IMG/VR virus record: IMGVR_UViG_3300037424_000485
Span: 96,001 to 160,000 of that record
Direction: 5' to 3' (one strand)
Origin: a virus
Taxonomy: Duplodnaviria > Caudoviricetes
DNA length: 64,000 nucleotides
Shown here: positions 36,065 through 44,428 of the stretch, piece by piece
How the letters are laid out: each line of letters begins with the position of its first letter
Position numbering within the stretch: position 1 is the first letter of the stretch
Notes under the pieces: model-generated
Database searches by the model: none
Told to the model about the DNA's origin: nothing
Seen by the model: only the letters and a program-made list of their open reading frames with translations
Made by a program: the position numbers and the translations under genes

Positions 36065-36745
36065 TTATACTTTAGATATCATCAGTTCTGCTTTTTCAAT
36101 AACAGCATTAACAACATCATATGCAGCATTATATTTAATACTATTCTTACGTCCAGCCTGTTTTGCCAGAATTTCCAGCATAATAGATCGTCCGTTTCCA
36201 TAGGGAAGTTTACCTTCCCTTAATCCTTTTGCTACTGAGGAACGAAAACCTCCATTCCCATCTTCAAGTGTATCAGCGATAGACCCCAACAGAGAAATAA
36301 CGGGAGCTAATGCTTCTTGTTTGATCTTCTGATCATCAGCCCATTTCTTCTCAGTAAGCTCATAGTCAGTCAGGCCATCATTTTTTTCTCTCTGAGCTTG
36401 TAACTTTTCTTCACGTTCTTTATTACGCTTCTCTTCACGAAGCTTTCTATCTCTAGCAAGCTTTATTTCATGCACAACACTGGTAAGACCATCATCACCA
36501 GATTTCTTAACACACTCAGATCCAACGGTAAAGAGCTTTCCATTGGCATCTTTAATAATATAATGAATACTCAAAGCAGTATAACAATACTTACATGAAC
36601 CAACGGTAAAGGGAAGATTTTTAAGCATTTCATTCCAGTTTTCTGGATAATTAGCCATCCATTCTCTTGAAGGCATTTCCCAAATCCCATTAACTTTAAA
36701 GGGTGCTTTGCCAAGTCCTTCTACTTCCCATTTATGAATGCTCAT
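36065..36745 (-). CDS. Conserved-looking hypothetical phage protein with Zn motif
   Basis: GLGKAPF, SCKYC, VGSECV. Confidence 0.7.
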   Translation of the reverse strand: MSIHKWEVEGLGKAPFKVNGIWEMPSREWMANYPENWNEMLKNLPFTVGSCKYCYTALSIHYIIKDANGKLFTVGSECVKKSGDDGLTSVVHEIKLARDRKLREEKRNKEREEKLQAQREKNDGLTDYELTEKKWADDQKIKQEALAPVISLLGSIADTLEDGNGGFRSSVAKGLREGKLPYGNGRSIMLEILAKQAGRKNSIKYNAAYDVVNAVIEKAELMISKV

Positions 36746-36828
36746 ATCATAACCTCTGGTTAATTTTGATTATGATATATATTACAACTTTTCTTTAACC
36801 TTGTCAAGAAAATAATATTAATTAATTT

Positions 36829-36903
36829 TGGCATACCGTAAAGGTGACGCTCCCTTGTTTTCTGGTTTGGAATAAGATGTTCTACTGTTGAACTAACGAT
36901 CTG
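36829..36903 (-). pseudogene. Degenerate tRNA-Trp(CCA)
   Basis: TT-CCA-AA loop but mismatched anticodon and acceptor stems; ends CCA. Confidence 0.45.
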
Positions 36904-36911
36904 TACATTTT

Positions 36912-36985
36912 TGGTAGTGGTAAGTGGAATCGAACCACTATCTCAACCTTATCAGGATTGCCCTTTACCGTTAAGGCATACCACT
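36912..36985 (-). tRNA. tRNA-Ile(GAU)
   Basis: AGTGGTA/TACCACT, CT-GAT-AA, TTCGATT, CCA. Confidence 0.88.
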
Positions 36986-36995
36986 ATTTAATTTT

Positions 36996-37081
36996 TGGTG
37001 GGCCAGGTAGGATTCGAACCTACACACCATCGAAGATAAGAGCTTCTAAGACTCCCGTGTCTACCGTTACACCACTGGCCC
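36996..37081 (-). tRNA. tRNA-Leu(UAG)
   Basis: CT-TAG-AA, long variable arm, GTAGG-TTCGAAT-CCTAC, CCA. Confidence 0.88.
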
Positions 37082-37130
37082 ATAATTATTTCATATCCCA
37101 CGTGGGATAAACCGCCATATTTTATTAAAA

Positions 37131-37291
37131 GATTGAACAGGCAGGAGTCGAACCTGCATATCAGGATTACGTTAGGCTGTTACCTGAAAAGTGGTTTGGC
37201 CCATGAGCCTAGAAGATGTCGTTTCCGTTTCATCCCCATCCATATTGGTTTGCCCCACACTCCCCTATACCAGTTCGGGTACAATTCAATC
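37131..37291 (-). ncRNA. tRNA-like RNA 1 with greatly extended central arm (161 nt)
   Basis: GATTGAAT/GTTCAATC closing stem, TACC/GGTA D-like hairpin, TCAGG/CCTGA variable-like arm, GCAGG-TTCGACT-CCTGC T arm. Confidence 0.55.
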
Positions 37292-37456
37292 TTTATTTCT
37301 TTTATCTTATCCATAACCTACGGACAATGTTTCTTCCAATCCATTTATTCATACTACGTTTGAATATAGGAATTAATGACCCTTTCATTAGAGATCTAAC
37401 AATAGCTCTAATGTCATTGTTTATAATATTTAGTTTAAAAAGAGTCATTTTATTCC

Positions 37457-37660
37457 TTATGCCTCATGGTAAATTTCTAGTTTCCGTTGGATAGTTTCGT
37501 AAGACTCAGAACAGTAAAAAGGCTCATCTGAACCAGCTACAAAAACGGAACACTTTTCAACATCTAGCTCATGGATGGCAACTATATAGGATGTTAAAAT
37601 GGATAATTTCTTGCCATTATGGTTTGTAAATAGTTGTTTCTGCATAACAATACACTCCAT
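37457..37660 (-). CDS. Small hypothetical protein
   Basis: Co-oriented ORF. Confidence 0.5.
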   Translation of the reverse strand: MECIVMQKQLFTNHNGKKLSILTSYIVAIHELDVEKCSVFVAGSDEPFYCSESYETIQRKLEIYHEA

Positions 37661-37746
37661 ATCCCTTTACCAATTTGGACAATATTAAATCAATTAACAC
37701 TATCTATGCACTGTAACATAACCTATGTTTAAAAGCAATAGTTATG

Positions 37747-38820
37747 TTACAGATTTATATATTTATCAAAGAACCATTTCCTACCCTTATTAGAGATAGC
37801 ACTTGTGACATCTTTAACAATAAGGCCACTAGCAATTAGAGTATCTACCTCTTCTTTCATTACATCTGTAACAACCCATTTCAGAAACTTACCCGTATTG
37901 GATACATCAGGAGTAATGTTATTGGCTTCAAATATATCTCTTATCCCCTGCTCAAGCCTGTTCTCTGTTACTGCGTAATCAACAAACTCTTTAACGGATG
38001 CCAATTTCTCAGGATCGATAGGAGCGAGGCACTTTACCTTAGATCCTGAATGCTTTTCGCCCTTAACTTTAAAACGAAACATATTGCCATTGATATTAGA
38101 AGACCAAACTGCACCCTCACCAATAATAGAACCATTTTCCGAGGTGGCCCCTAACTTTTTAGCAACAGGACATTCTCTTTCTATCTCATTGGTGATATCA
38201 ATTAACTCATTCTGAGATAATTTGGGATCGTTAAGATCTACCTCTATATTATATGTCCCAAAATAATCAATATGGAACATTCTGATATCATGGTATTTCT
38301 CTACATAAAAATCAAACCAATTTGTTTCTTTTTCATTCTCATCAAGTGGGTTAATTGTATGTTTAACACCAAAGATAACAAACATCTTTTCTAATTGGGA
38401 TACACCAACACCACCTGTAATGCCTTTTCCACACCATTCGCCATATATAGAAACAACACCTTCAGTAAGATCATACGCTTTAACGAGCAGGCTGAACAAT
38501 TCTTTAAAAACAACCTTGTTTTTCTCAACGTAACATGCAAAGCCTTTGTTATCATCGGGAATAGTTATAATCCTTTCTCTGGATTGTACCCACATATCAC
38601 CAGTGGTAATATCAAAACATACCCCTGCATTTGTGCCATGGATTTTTACTCTACCTGTGAAATTAATTACAGGGAGTATTTTGTTGTAATCATATATGAC
38701 TTTTCCTTTATCATCCTTGCCATTATATCTAAGGTGATCTACAAGACCCCTTACAGCAGACCCATACACACTTATGGATGGAAATTTAATACAATTCATT
38801 ACAATACCTCGTCTATACAA
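37747..38820 (-). CDS. ATP-dependent RNA ligase, Rnl2-like
   Basis: Motif I KIHGTN, IYGEWCG, F.IF.V, GEGAVW, FKVKG.K. Confidence 0.82.
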   Translation of the reverse strand: MYRRGIVMNCIKFPSISVYGSAVRGLVDHLRYNGKDDKGKVIYDYNKILPVINFTGRVKIHGTNAGVCFDITTGDMWVQSRERIITIPDDNKGFACYVEKNKVVFKELFSLLVKAYDLTEGVVSIYGEWCGKGITGGVGVSQLEKMFVIFGVKHTINPLDENEKETNWFDFYVEKYHDIRMFHIDYFGTYNIEVDLNDPKLSQNELIDITNEIERECPVAKKLGATSENGSIIGEGAVWSSNINGNMFRFKVKGEKHSGSKVKCLAPIDPEKLASVKEFVDYAVTENRLEQGIRDIFEANNITPDVSNTGKFLKWVVTDVMKEEVDTLIASGLIVKDVTSAISNKGRKWFFDKYINL

Positions 38821-39011
38821 TTATGGCTCATGTCATCTTGATGCCAAGCTCTACATTTTGAACATTTTATGCATCTACCAACCGCAACATCCATTTGCTT
38901 ATTATATTTTACAGATAATCCTATATATATCGCAAATAGTATGAATAAAATAGATACTGCCCATACTATAATACCTGTCACTGTACAGATGTCGGTTAGA
39001 ATTGTCAACAT
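38799..39011 (-). CDS. Small membrane-anchored protein
   Basis: N-terminal TM plus CxxCxxC. Confidence 0.45.
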   Translation of the reverse strand: MLTILTDICTVTGIIVWAVSILFILFAIYIGLSVKYNKQMDVAVGRCIKCSKCRAWHQDDMSHNCIDEVL

Positions 39012-39019
39012 TTAATTAC

Positions 39020-39235
39020 CTATTTTACAAGTTTCTTACCATCAACAGCCAGGATATCTACATTGCCTGTATAGGTATCAATTTCTACATCAAATTTTAC
39101 TTCATATAATGCATACGAGAATTCTCTTTTTACATCATTTGAGAGCGAAAGACCATATTCGTCTTCAATACTATTAATAAAACTATAATTCTCATCTTTA
39201 CTGCTATGACAATACATAACTGATTTAATTTTCAT
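39020..39235 (-). CDS. Small hypothetical protein
   Basis: Co-oriented ORF. Confidence 0.55.
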   Translation of the reverse strand: MKIKSVMYCHSSKDENYSFINSIEDEYGLSLSNDVKREFSYALYEVKFDVEIDTYTGNVDILAVDGKKLVK

Positions 39236-39328
39236 TTCGAATTCACATTTTCCTTAATTAACATTTAGCCGATCTTAATAGATCGTTACCAACATACGCT
39301 ACGTGGAAGCAGTTAATTATTATATGTT

Positions 39329-39400
39329 TCGGAATGAGAGGGGTCGAACCTCTGATCTCTAGTTCCCAAAACTAGCGGCATACCACTTGCCTACACCCCG
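39329..39400 (-). tRNA. tRNA-Pro(UGG), CCA not encoded
   Basis: CGGGGTG/CATTCCG, CTAGT-TTTGGGA-ACTAG, AGAGG-TTCGACC-CCTCT. Confidence 0.85.
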
Positions 39401-39409
39401 GTATAATTT

Positions 39410-39748
39410 TTACCAGTAGAACCAACCAGCATCTTTAATCCATTTATCAAATGAATAACCATCATAATCCATATGACGTAAGACACGTGAAGTCTCTACT
39501 TTATCTTTTGCACGTCTTTCACGATTTAACATCCGTGTATAGGACTTTGGCGCATGGCCATCCCATCCATAACCACTTTTAGTTTCTCTATGGTACTTTG
39601 AAACAGTGTATTTATCATCTCTAATTGAACAATTTCTTGAACAATGAATACCAAAACACCGATCATTAACACATTGCTCTATGCGATAACAATATGTTTC
39701 TAAAATTTGGTCGTTAGTGACCTTTTTTCTTCTGTATGTTCTTGACAT
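39410..39748 (-). CDS. Basic hypothetical protein
   Basis: MSRTYRR start; AGGAG RBS. Confidence 0.6.
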   Translation of the reverse strand: MSRTYRRKKVTNDQILETYCYRIEQCVNDRCFGIHCSRNCSIRDDKYTVSKYHRETKSGYGWDGHAPKSYTRMLNRERRAKDKVETSRVLRHMDYDGYSFDKWIKDAGWFYW

Positions 39749-39839
39749 TTTGAATCTCCTATATATGTATAATTACATATTCGAGTATCAAAATTATTAT
39801 AAATTGTTTTCATTATATTTTTCCTTACATTTTAAAAAT

Positions 39840-39913
39840 TGGGAGGCCCGGATGGTTACGCTCCATCGTTGATCGGTTAAAAGCCGAATATTCTACTATT
39901 AAATTACGAACCC
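39840..39913 (-). tRNA. tRNA-Lys(UUU), atypical T loop
   Basis: TCGG-CTTTTAA-CCGA, GATGG-AGCGTAA-CCATC, CCA. Confidence 0.75.
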
Positions 39914-40189
39914 ATACATTTCTTACTAGCATGGATTCATAATTCATCCATACTTTATTATTTACCTTGACCTCTTGACTTCTTTTTCTTAGCACTCTTG
40001 CTCTTGAGGTTGGTATTTTCACTATTACCGATTGAAGTTTTCTTCTTACGGCTAATATCTGATTTTTTTGTTGTTGATGCTGTCTTCGTCTTTGCCATTT
40101 TAATTCCCTTATTATAACGTTAAATTAATAGTATATTTTACTTCTGACTTTGTGTCAACTTATATTTACCATATATATAATATACCACA

Positions 40190-40500
40190 CTGTTAGCCTT
40201 CGCTATTGAGCAGGGTATCAGCTTCATCCCGCTCGTCAACCGACAAATGGCTGTAATGGTTCCAGCCGGAGTAGGTATTAAACCAATGACACATCCAGGT
40301 TTTCCCTTGGCACCGCATACAGGATCTTGCATCAACTCCGTCACAGGTCGGACAGCCTTTTTCCAGATATGGAATACAACTATAATTTCTTAGCTACTTT
40401 ATCAACACTTCTCAGGAACCACCCTGTCAGTTTATATCAATTTTGCCAACGGTAACTTACTAGATTCAACTGGTTAGGTGTCCTCTCTCAGTAACCTTAA
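40190..40500 (-). ncRNA. Candidate GC-rich structured RNA (about 300 nt)
   Basis: CCGAC/GTCGG, GGAGT/ACTCC, GGCTG/CAGCC, GAGC/GCTC, TAGC-GAAG-GCTA helices. Confidence 0.4.
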
Positions 40501-40597
40501 ATTTGTGAATAGGGTTGGAGTCTAACCAACTAACCTAATTACGGATTTAGGTAAATCTACATGTTATCCTAAGGTTCATGTAATCACTATATTCTTT

Positions 40598-40684
40598 TGG
40601 AAGAAGATGGAGGTATCGCGCCCCTACGTTTTACCGTACCCTAGGGTTCAAGCCTAGTTTGTAATAACTTTTACGGCACCTTCC
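40598..40684 (-). tRNA. tRNA-Ser(UGA)
   Basis: CTAGG-CTTGAAC-CCTAG, long variable arm, CCA; atypical T loop. Confidence 0.75.
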
Positions 40685-40769
40685 TAACAATCAATTAAAG
40701 GACACGAATATTATCTACCCTTCGTTATTTAAGATTAGTCGGTTGGCAGACTAATCTCCTAAAAACTTC

Positions 40770-40847
40770 TGGTGCGCCTGATAGGAATCGAACCCATGCA
40801 AATCCCAACTCTTCAGGATGGTGCTCTTCCAACTGAGCTACAGACGC
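40770..40847 (-). tRNA. tRNA-Phe(GAA)
   Basis: GCGTCTG/CAGGCGC, CT-GAA-GA, TTCGATT, CCA. Confidence 0.82.
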
Positions 40848-40858
40848 ATATACTTTAA

Positions 40859-41008
40859 AAACAGAATGTAGGAATCGAACCTACCAATTCGGGATCATAC
40901 CCCGATATAAACCAATAATCCAACTTATTTAAAATATTAACTAGTATCAATATTAAATGTTGGTGGTCACTAGTGTACTAGCATGTTACCATAACATCTT
41001 TTCTGCTT
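40859..41008 (-). ncRNA. tRNA-like RNA 2 with extended central arm (150 nt)
   Basis: AGCAGAA/TTCTGTT, TGTT/AACA, ACCA-CCAAC...GTTGG...TGGT long arm, TCGGG/CCCGA, GTAGG-TTCGATT-CCTAC. Confidence 0.55.
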
Positions 41009-41014
41009 TAATTC

Positions 41015-41104
41015 TGGTGGGGGCGCATAGAATCGAACTATCCCGGCAGCCACCTACTTTGTTTTACCGAATGGTTTTACAGACCACTTGTAGGAAACGA
41101 CCCC
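41015..41104 (-). tRNA. Non-canonical tRNA-Tyr(GUA) lacking a D arm, with long variable region
   Basis: GGGG/CCCC acceptor, GTGGT-CTGTAAA-ACCAT, TAG-TTCGATT-CTA, A73-CCA; CCTAC can pair with GTAGG in the variable region. Confidence 0.6.
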
Positions 41105-41118
41105 ATAATCTTTAAAAA

Positions 41119-41236
41119 TGGAATAATAAGAAGTCCATAGAGTCTCCCAACTCTAATTCGCACCTGGGAGAAGATACCGATCTAACCGACTAAGCCCTAT
41201 TCGTAGGGAATTATCTTCAGACCTCTTCTTATATCC
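41119..41236 (-). ncRNA. Candidate structured RNA ending in CCA (118 nt)
   Basis: TAAGAAG/CTTCTTA, GAAGATA/TATCTTC, CCCTA-CGAA-TAGGG, TCGGT/ATCGG, TCCCAG/TTGGGA. Confidence 0.5.
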
Positions 41237-41436
41237 AAAAAGCTATATAGTGGTATAGCCAATTGATGAAATTGTTCACCTCACTATACAATTTAATTCA
41301 AAATTATTTGGCTTTTGTTCTCAGAAGTACCATAACTCCTACAACTGGATTATCCAGAAGATTTTAATTAGTTATTCCGTCAACTACCATGTATCATTAA
41401 ATTCTTTATCTACTATACTTTAACTATTTTATAATG

Positions 41437-41703
41437 TCAAGCTATAATTTTACATTTATCATCAGGATATATATAAATTATATGATCCTTATTAACCATC
41501 AATATCTCAGCAGTTATATCATCATTTTTTACATTTGTCAGTATAATAAATTGTTTATTATACGAGTTGAGCCAATCACTTAACCTAGCTCCTTTTTTTA
41601 CATTAACACAGGCACAAAACTCATTCTCTATATTAGTAATCTTAACAGATACTGATATCATATCGACTGTATTTTTCTCATAATCTATAATATTAGCCAT
41701 CAT
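41437..41703 (-). CDS. Small hypothetical protein
   Basis: RLSD.LN....FI.LTNV pattern. Confidence 0.55.
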   Translation of the reverse strand: MMANIIDYEKNTVDMISVSVKITNIENEFCACVNVKKGARLSDWLNSYNKQFIILTNVKNDDITAEILMVNKDHIIYIYPDDKCKIIA

Positions 41704-41754
41704 CTACCTATTTTGTTAATGATATCAACTTTTTTTAAAAAAATTTAAAATAAA

Positions 41755-41792
41755 TAAGATGCCCATTCTAATCGTCATCAAAATGGGCATCT
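41755..41792. terminator. Hairpin/terminator
   Basis: AAGATGCCCATT...AATGGGCATCTT. Confidence 0.55.
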
Positions 41793-42191
41793 TTTGTGTA
41801 TAATCCAGGATACAAAAATCTATTGTTTTATATCCAACACCATGCCTTGATGCACCGTCCTCTAACGCTGTGAGGTATTATGCGGTATCATCACTTTTAT
41901 GTCTAGAAGCCTTCTATATCGTGTGATCATCACTCACACATGGGGAATACCCATAATTTTGGCGACCACCTAGTTTCCCGATATGAATATAGTTTCTATG
42001 ACATTTTTACTACTAGTATAGTACATTATTTGTTTATTCTCTTATTATATTATATTATATAATAAGTAGTCAGAGGTGTCTAGACATAATCTACTCCTTA
42101 TTGGTTGAATATGGATTTAGGGTTTCTTCTCAACATCTTCTGCAACTCTATAATTACATCTTACTCTATTTGATTTAGGATGTCAACTTTT

Positions 42192-42614
42192 TTATAGTTT
42201 AGATCCGCAAATCTTACAAAAACCTTTTCCATTATCCGCAATCGGTCTTTTGCACTTGACACAGTTAGTCTTAATCACTCGTTCTGGTGTCTTTTTTACC
42301 TTCTCAACAACTACAGGCTCGACTACAGGCTCAACTACAGGCTCGACTACAGGCTCAACTACAGGCTCGACTACAGGCTCAACTACAGGCTCGACTACAG
42401 GCTCGACTACAGGCTCAACTACAGGCTCAACTACAGGCTCAACTACAGGCTCGATATATTTCTTCTTAGAAGATTTCTTTTTCTTCTTAGAAGATTTATC
42501 AACATCCATTTCTTCTACTCTACCAACAACAATATCCATTTCTTCAATATCAACTGTTGTGTTATTCTCAAGGCCGAGATTATTCTCATCCTCTTCTTTT
42601 TTATACCATGTCAT
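42192..42614 (-). CDS. Protein with (EPVV)n repeat and C-terminal Zn ribbon
   Basis: GGAGG RBS; CVKC..CKIC; late-promoter-like TATAAATA upstream. Confidence 0.6.
   Translation of the reverse strand: MTWYKKEEDENNLGLENNTTVDIEEMDIVVGRVEEMDVDKSSKKKKKSSKKKYIEPVVEPVVEPVVEPVVEPVVEPVVEPVVEPVVEPVVEPVVEPVVEPVVVEKVKKTPERVIKTNCVKCKRPIADNGKGFCKICGSKL
42310..42453. repeat. 12-bp tandem repeat x12 (ACTACAGGCTC[A/G])
   Basis: Direct reading; encodes EPVV on the minus strand. Confidence 0.9.
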
Positions 42615-42768
42615 AATTTTTTCCTCCTATAGATAAAATACTACTATTATTTATAAGAGAGTGAAAATTATTATATCAACTTTTCTTTAAATCTTTCATG
42701 ATCCCAATGTCTATATATCTACATAATCAAGAAAAAGAACTTCAATAACAATCACCTTTATTTTTAAC

Positions 42769-42844
42769 TGGAAGCCGGGGAGGGGATAGAACCCTCAACA
42801 CTCAGGTTCAAAACCTGATGCTCTACCAATTGAACTACCCGGCT
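42769..42844 (-). tRNA. tRNA-Gln(UUG)
   Basis: AGCCGGG/CCCGGCT, TCAGG-TTTTGAA-CCTGA, CCA. Confidence 0.85.
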
Positions 42845-43028
42845 ATTTTTTATACTTCTCCACTAAACTATCAGCATGGTCTAAAGAAGCATATTCACCA
42901 CAAAGACATATACCAACTGAGTGATCACATCCTTCACCAGATCCCTCATGGTATAATTTTATAATTTCCATAAGATCTTCAATACACTCCACAAGCTCAT
43001 GCTGTATTTTATTCTTATTCATATTCAT
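42843..43028 (-). CDS. Small hypothetical protein
   Basis: GAGGTG RBS; CDHSVGICLC. Confidence 0.5.
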   Translation of the reverse strand: MNMNKNKIQHELVECIEDLMEIIKLYHEGSGEGCDHSVGICLCGEYASLDHADSLVEKYKK

Positions 43029-43039
43029 AACACCTCACA

Positions 43040-43343
43040 TTACATTTTAAATAAGTCTTCCGGCACTATGGATATGCCCATATAAGCCATAACTTCTGAT
43101 ATATTATTTACTATATGGTATTTAATATCATATTCAATCATGCCATCCAACACCCTACACCCTACCATAATATCTACAATATATTAATTTTTTATCCAAA
43201 CTTAATATCAGATAAGGTGAATCTGAGGTATGTGATATATTAGTATCCTCGAACCGCCATCTAAAACCAATCTTAAACAATTCTTTTTGAATATATACAG
43301 ACTGCATTTCACAGTGTATAGGTATAGCTAAATTATTTATCAT
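43040..43343 (-). pseudogene. Small gene frameshifted by a 7-bp tandem duplication; the restored product ends IVPEDLFKM
   Basis: CACCCTA x2 at 43151-43164; removing one copy gives 297 nt in frame. Confidence 0.6.
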
Positions 43344-43447
43344 ATCTGATAATATACAACTATTTTAAATATAGTCAAGAAAAAAATAAAAGGGTTGGAA
43401 GAAAACTCCATAACCCTTTTAAACAACATAATTAAAACAATAAGATA

Positions 43448-44428
43448 TTATCCAAGCATTTTATCTAGCTCATCAAGAATATCATCATCATCACCAGCAT
43501 CACCAGCATCACCAGCATCACCAGCATCATCATCTTCCTTAATCTCTGCTTTCTTCTCTGCTTTCTTTTTCTCTTGTTTAGGAGGATCAAAATTTACATC
43601 ATCCTTCTCTTCTTTTTCTACCTTAGCTGAAAATCTTTTATTAAATTCATTTTCAACATCATCCCATACCATCTCTTCTCTGAGAAGTTTTTTATGCTCA
43701 TCTGGTGAAAGCTCAAGACTCTTAATATATTCCTCAAGAGATATACGAGATGCCATAAGCTCTTCAAGCTCTTTGTCAGAACCTGCAATAGAAGACGGTT
43801 TACGTGCAAACATAGAAGGAGTATAGTCAGGCCATACCTTTTGATTTGCATCTGGTTTCTTAGCTTCTATTTTTAACAAGAAGTTAAAACCATCTTCTTC
43901 TGGACTAAAAATTAACTGACCGTATCCGTTTTTCTTATCTGTAATTTCAGATTTGAACATCTTCTCAACTGTGGGTGGAAATTCATATAGTCTAACAGTT
44001 TTATTTACTTTACGGGCATCATCTGTCTGTTCTGTATCTCTGGGATCATTAAGAATGAATACGTTAGATACATACTTTTGCTTGCGTTTGTAATCGTTTC
44101 CTTTTTTCTTATCAGAGGCGGTTCCTTTATACAGAATCTGTGCAATCTGACACCATGGGCAATAACAATCTAAACCATGTGTTTTTGGACAAAGAAAGAA
44201 CATCCATTTTTCCCCAACTAGGAACATATGATAGAAATAGCCTTTATAACCACTACCGTCTGTATCAGGAAGAAGTCTGAATTCATACTCTTTTGGTTTT
44301 CCTACACTACCCATTGTAGGTGAGATCCACTTCTTATAAAAGGTTTGGTTCTCGGTGCTTGAATCTTGTTCTGTTGATTTTTGTTCATCCCATTGTTTAA
44401 ATTTTTTGTTGTCTAGCCATTTACTCAT
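43448..44428 (-). CDS. gp32: Single-stranded DNA-binding protein (gp32-like)
   Basis: Y.FRLLP, FYH, CPKTHG...CPWC, KY.SNV..L.DP, R.YEF....K, GFNF.LK, acidic tail. Confidence 0.88.
   Translation of the reverse strand: MSKWLDNKKFKQWDEQKSTEQDSSTENQTFYKKWISPTMGSVGKPKEYEFRLLPDTDGSGYKGYFYHMFLVGEKWMFFLCPKTHGLDCYCPWCQIAQILYKGTASDKKKGNDYKRKQKYVSNVFILNDPRDTEQTDDARKVNKTVRLYEFPPTVEKMFKSEITDKKNGYGQLIFSPEEDGFNFLLKIEAKKPDANQKVWPDYTPSMFARKPSSIAGSDKELEELMASRISLEEYIKSLELSPDEHKKLLREEMVWDDVENEFNKRFSAKVEKEEKDDVNFDPPKQEKKKAEKKAEIKEDDDAGDAGDAGDAGDDDDILDELDKMLG

Noticed and set aside
39825-40022. 65-aa ORF as given in the track
   Set aside because: Its 3' half runs through tRNA-Lys; an upstream basic ORF may be real, but this frame is not supported.
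40138-40344. 68-aa ORF MTELMQDPVCG...
   Set aside because: No RBS; it overlaps a helix-rich GC island better explained as RNA.
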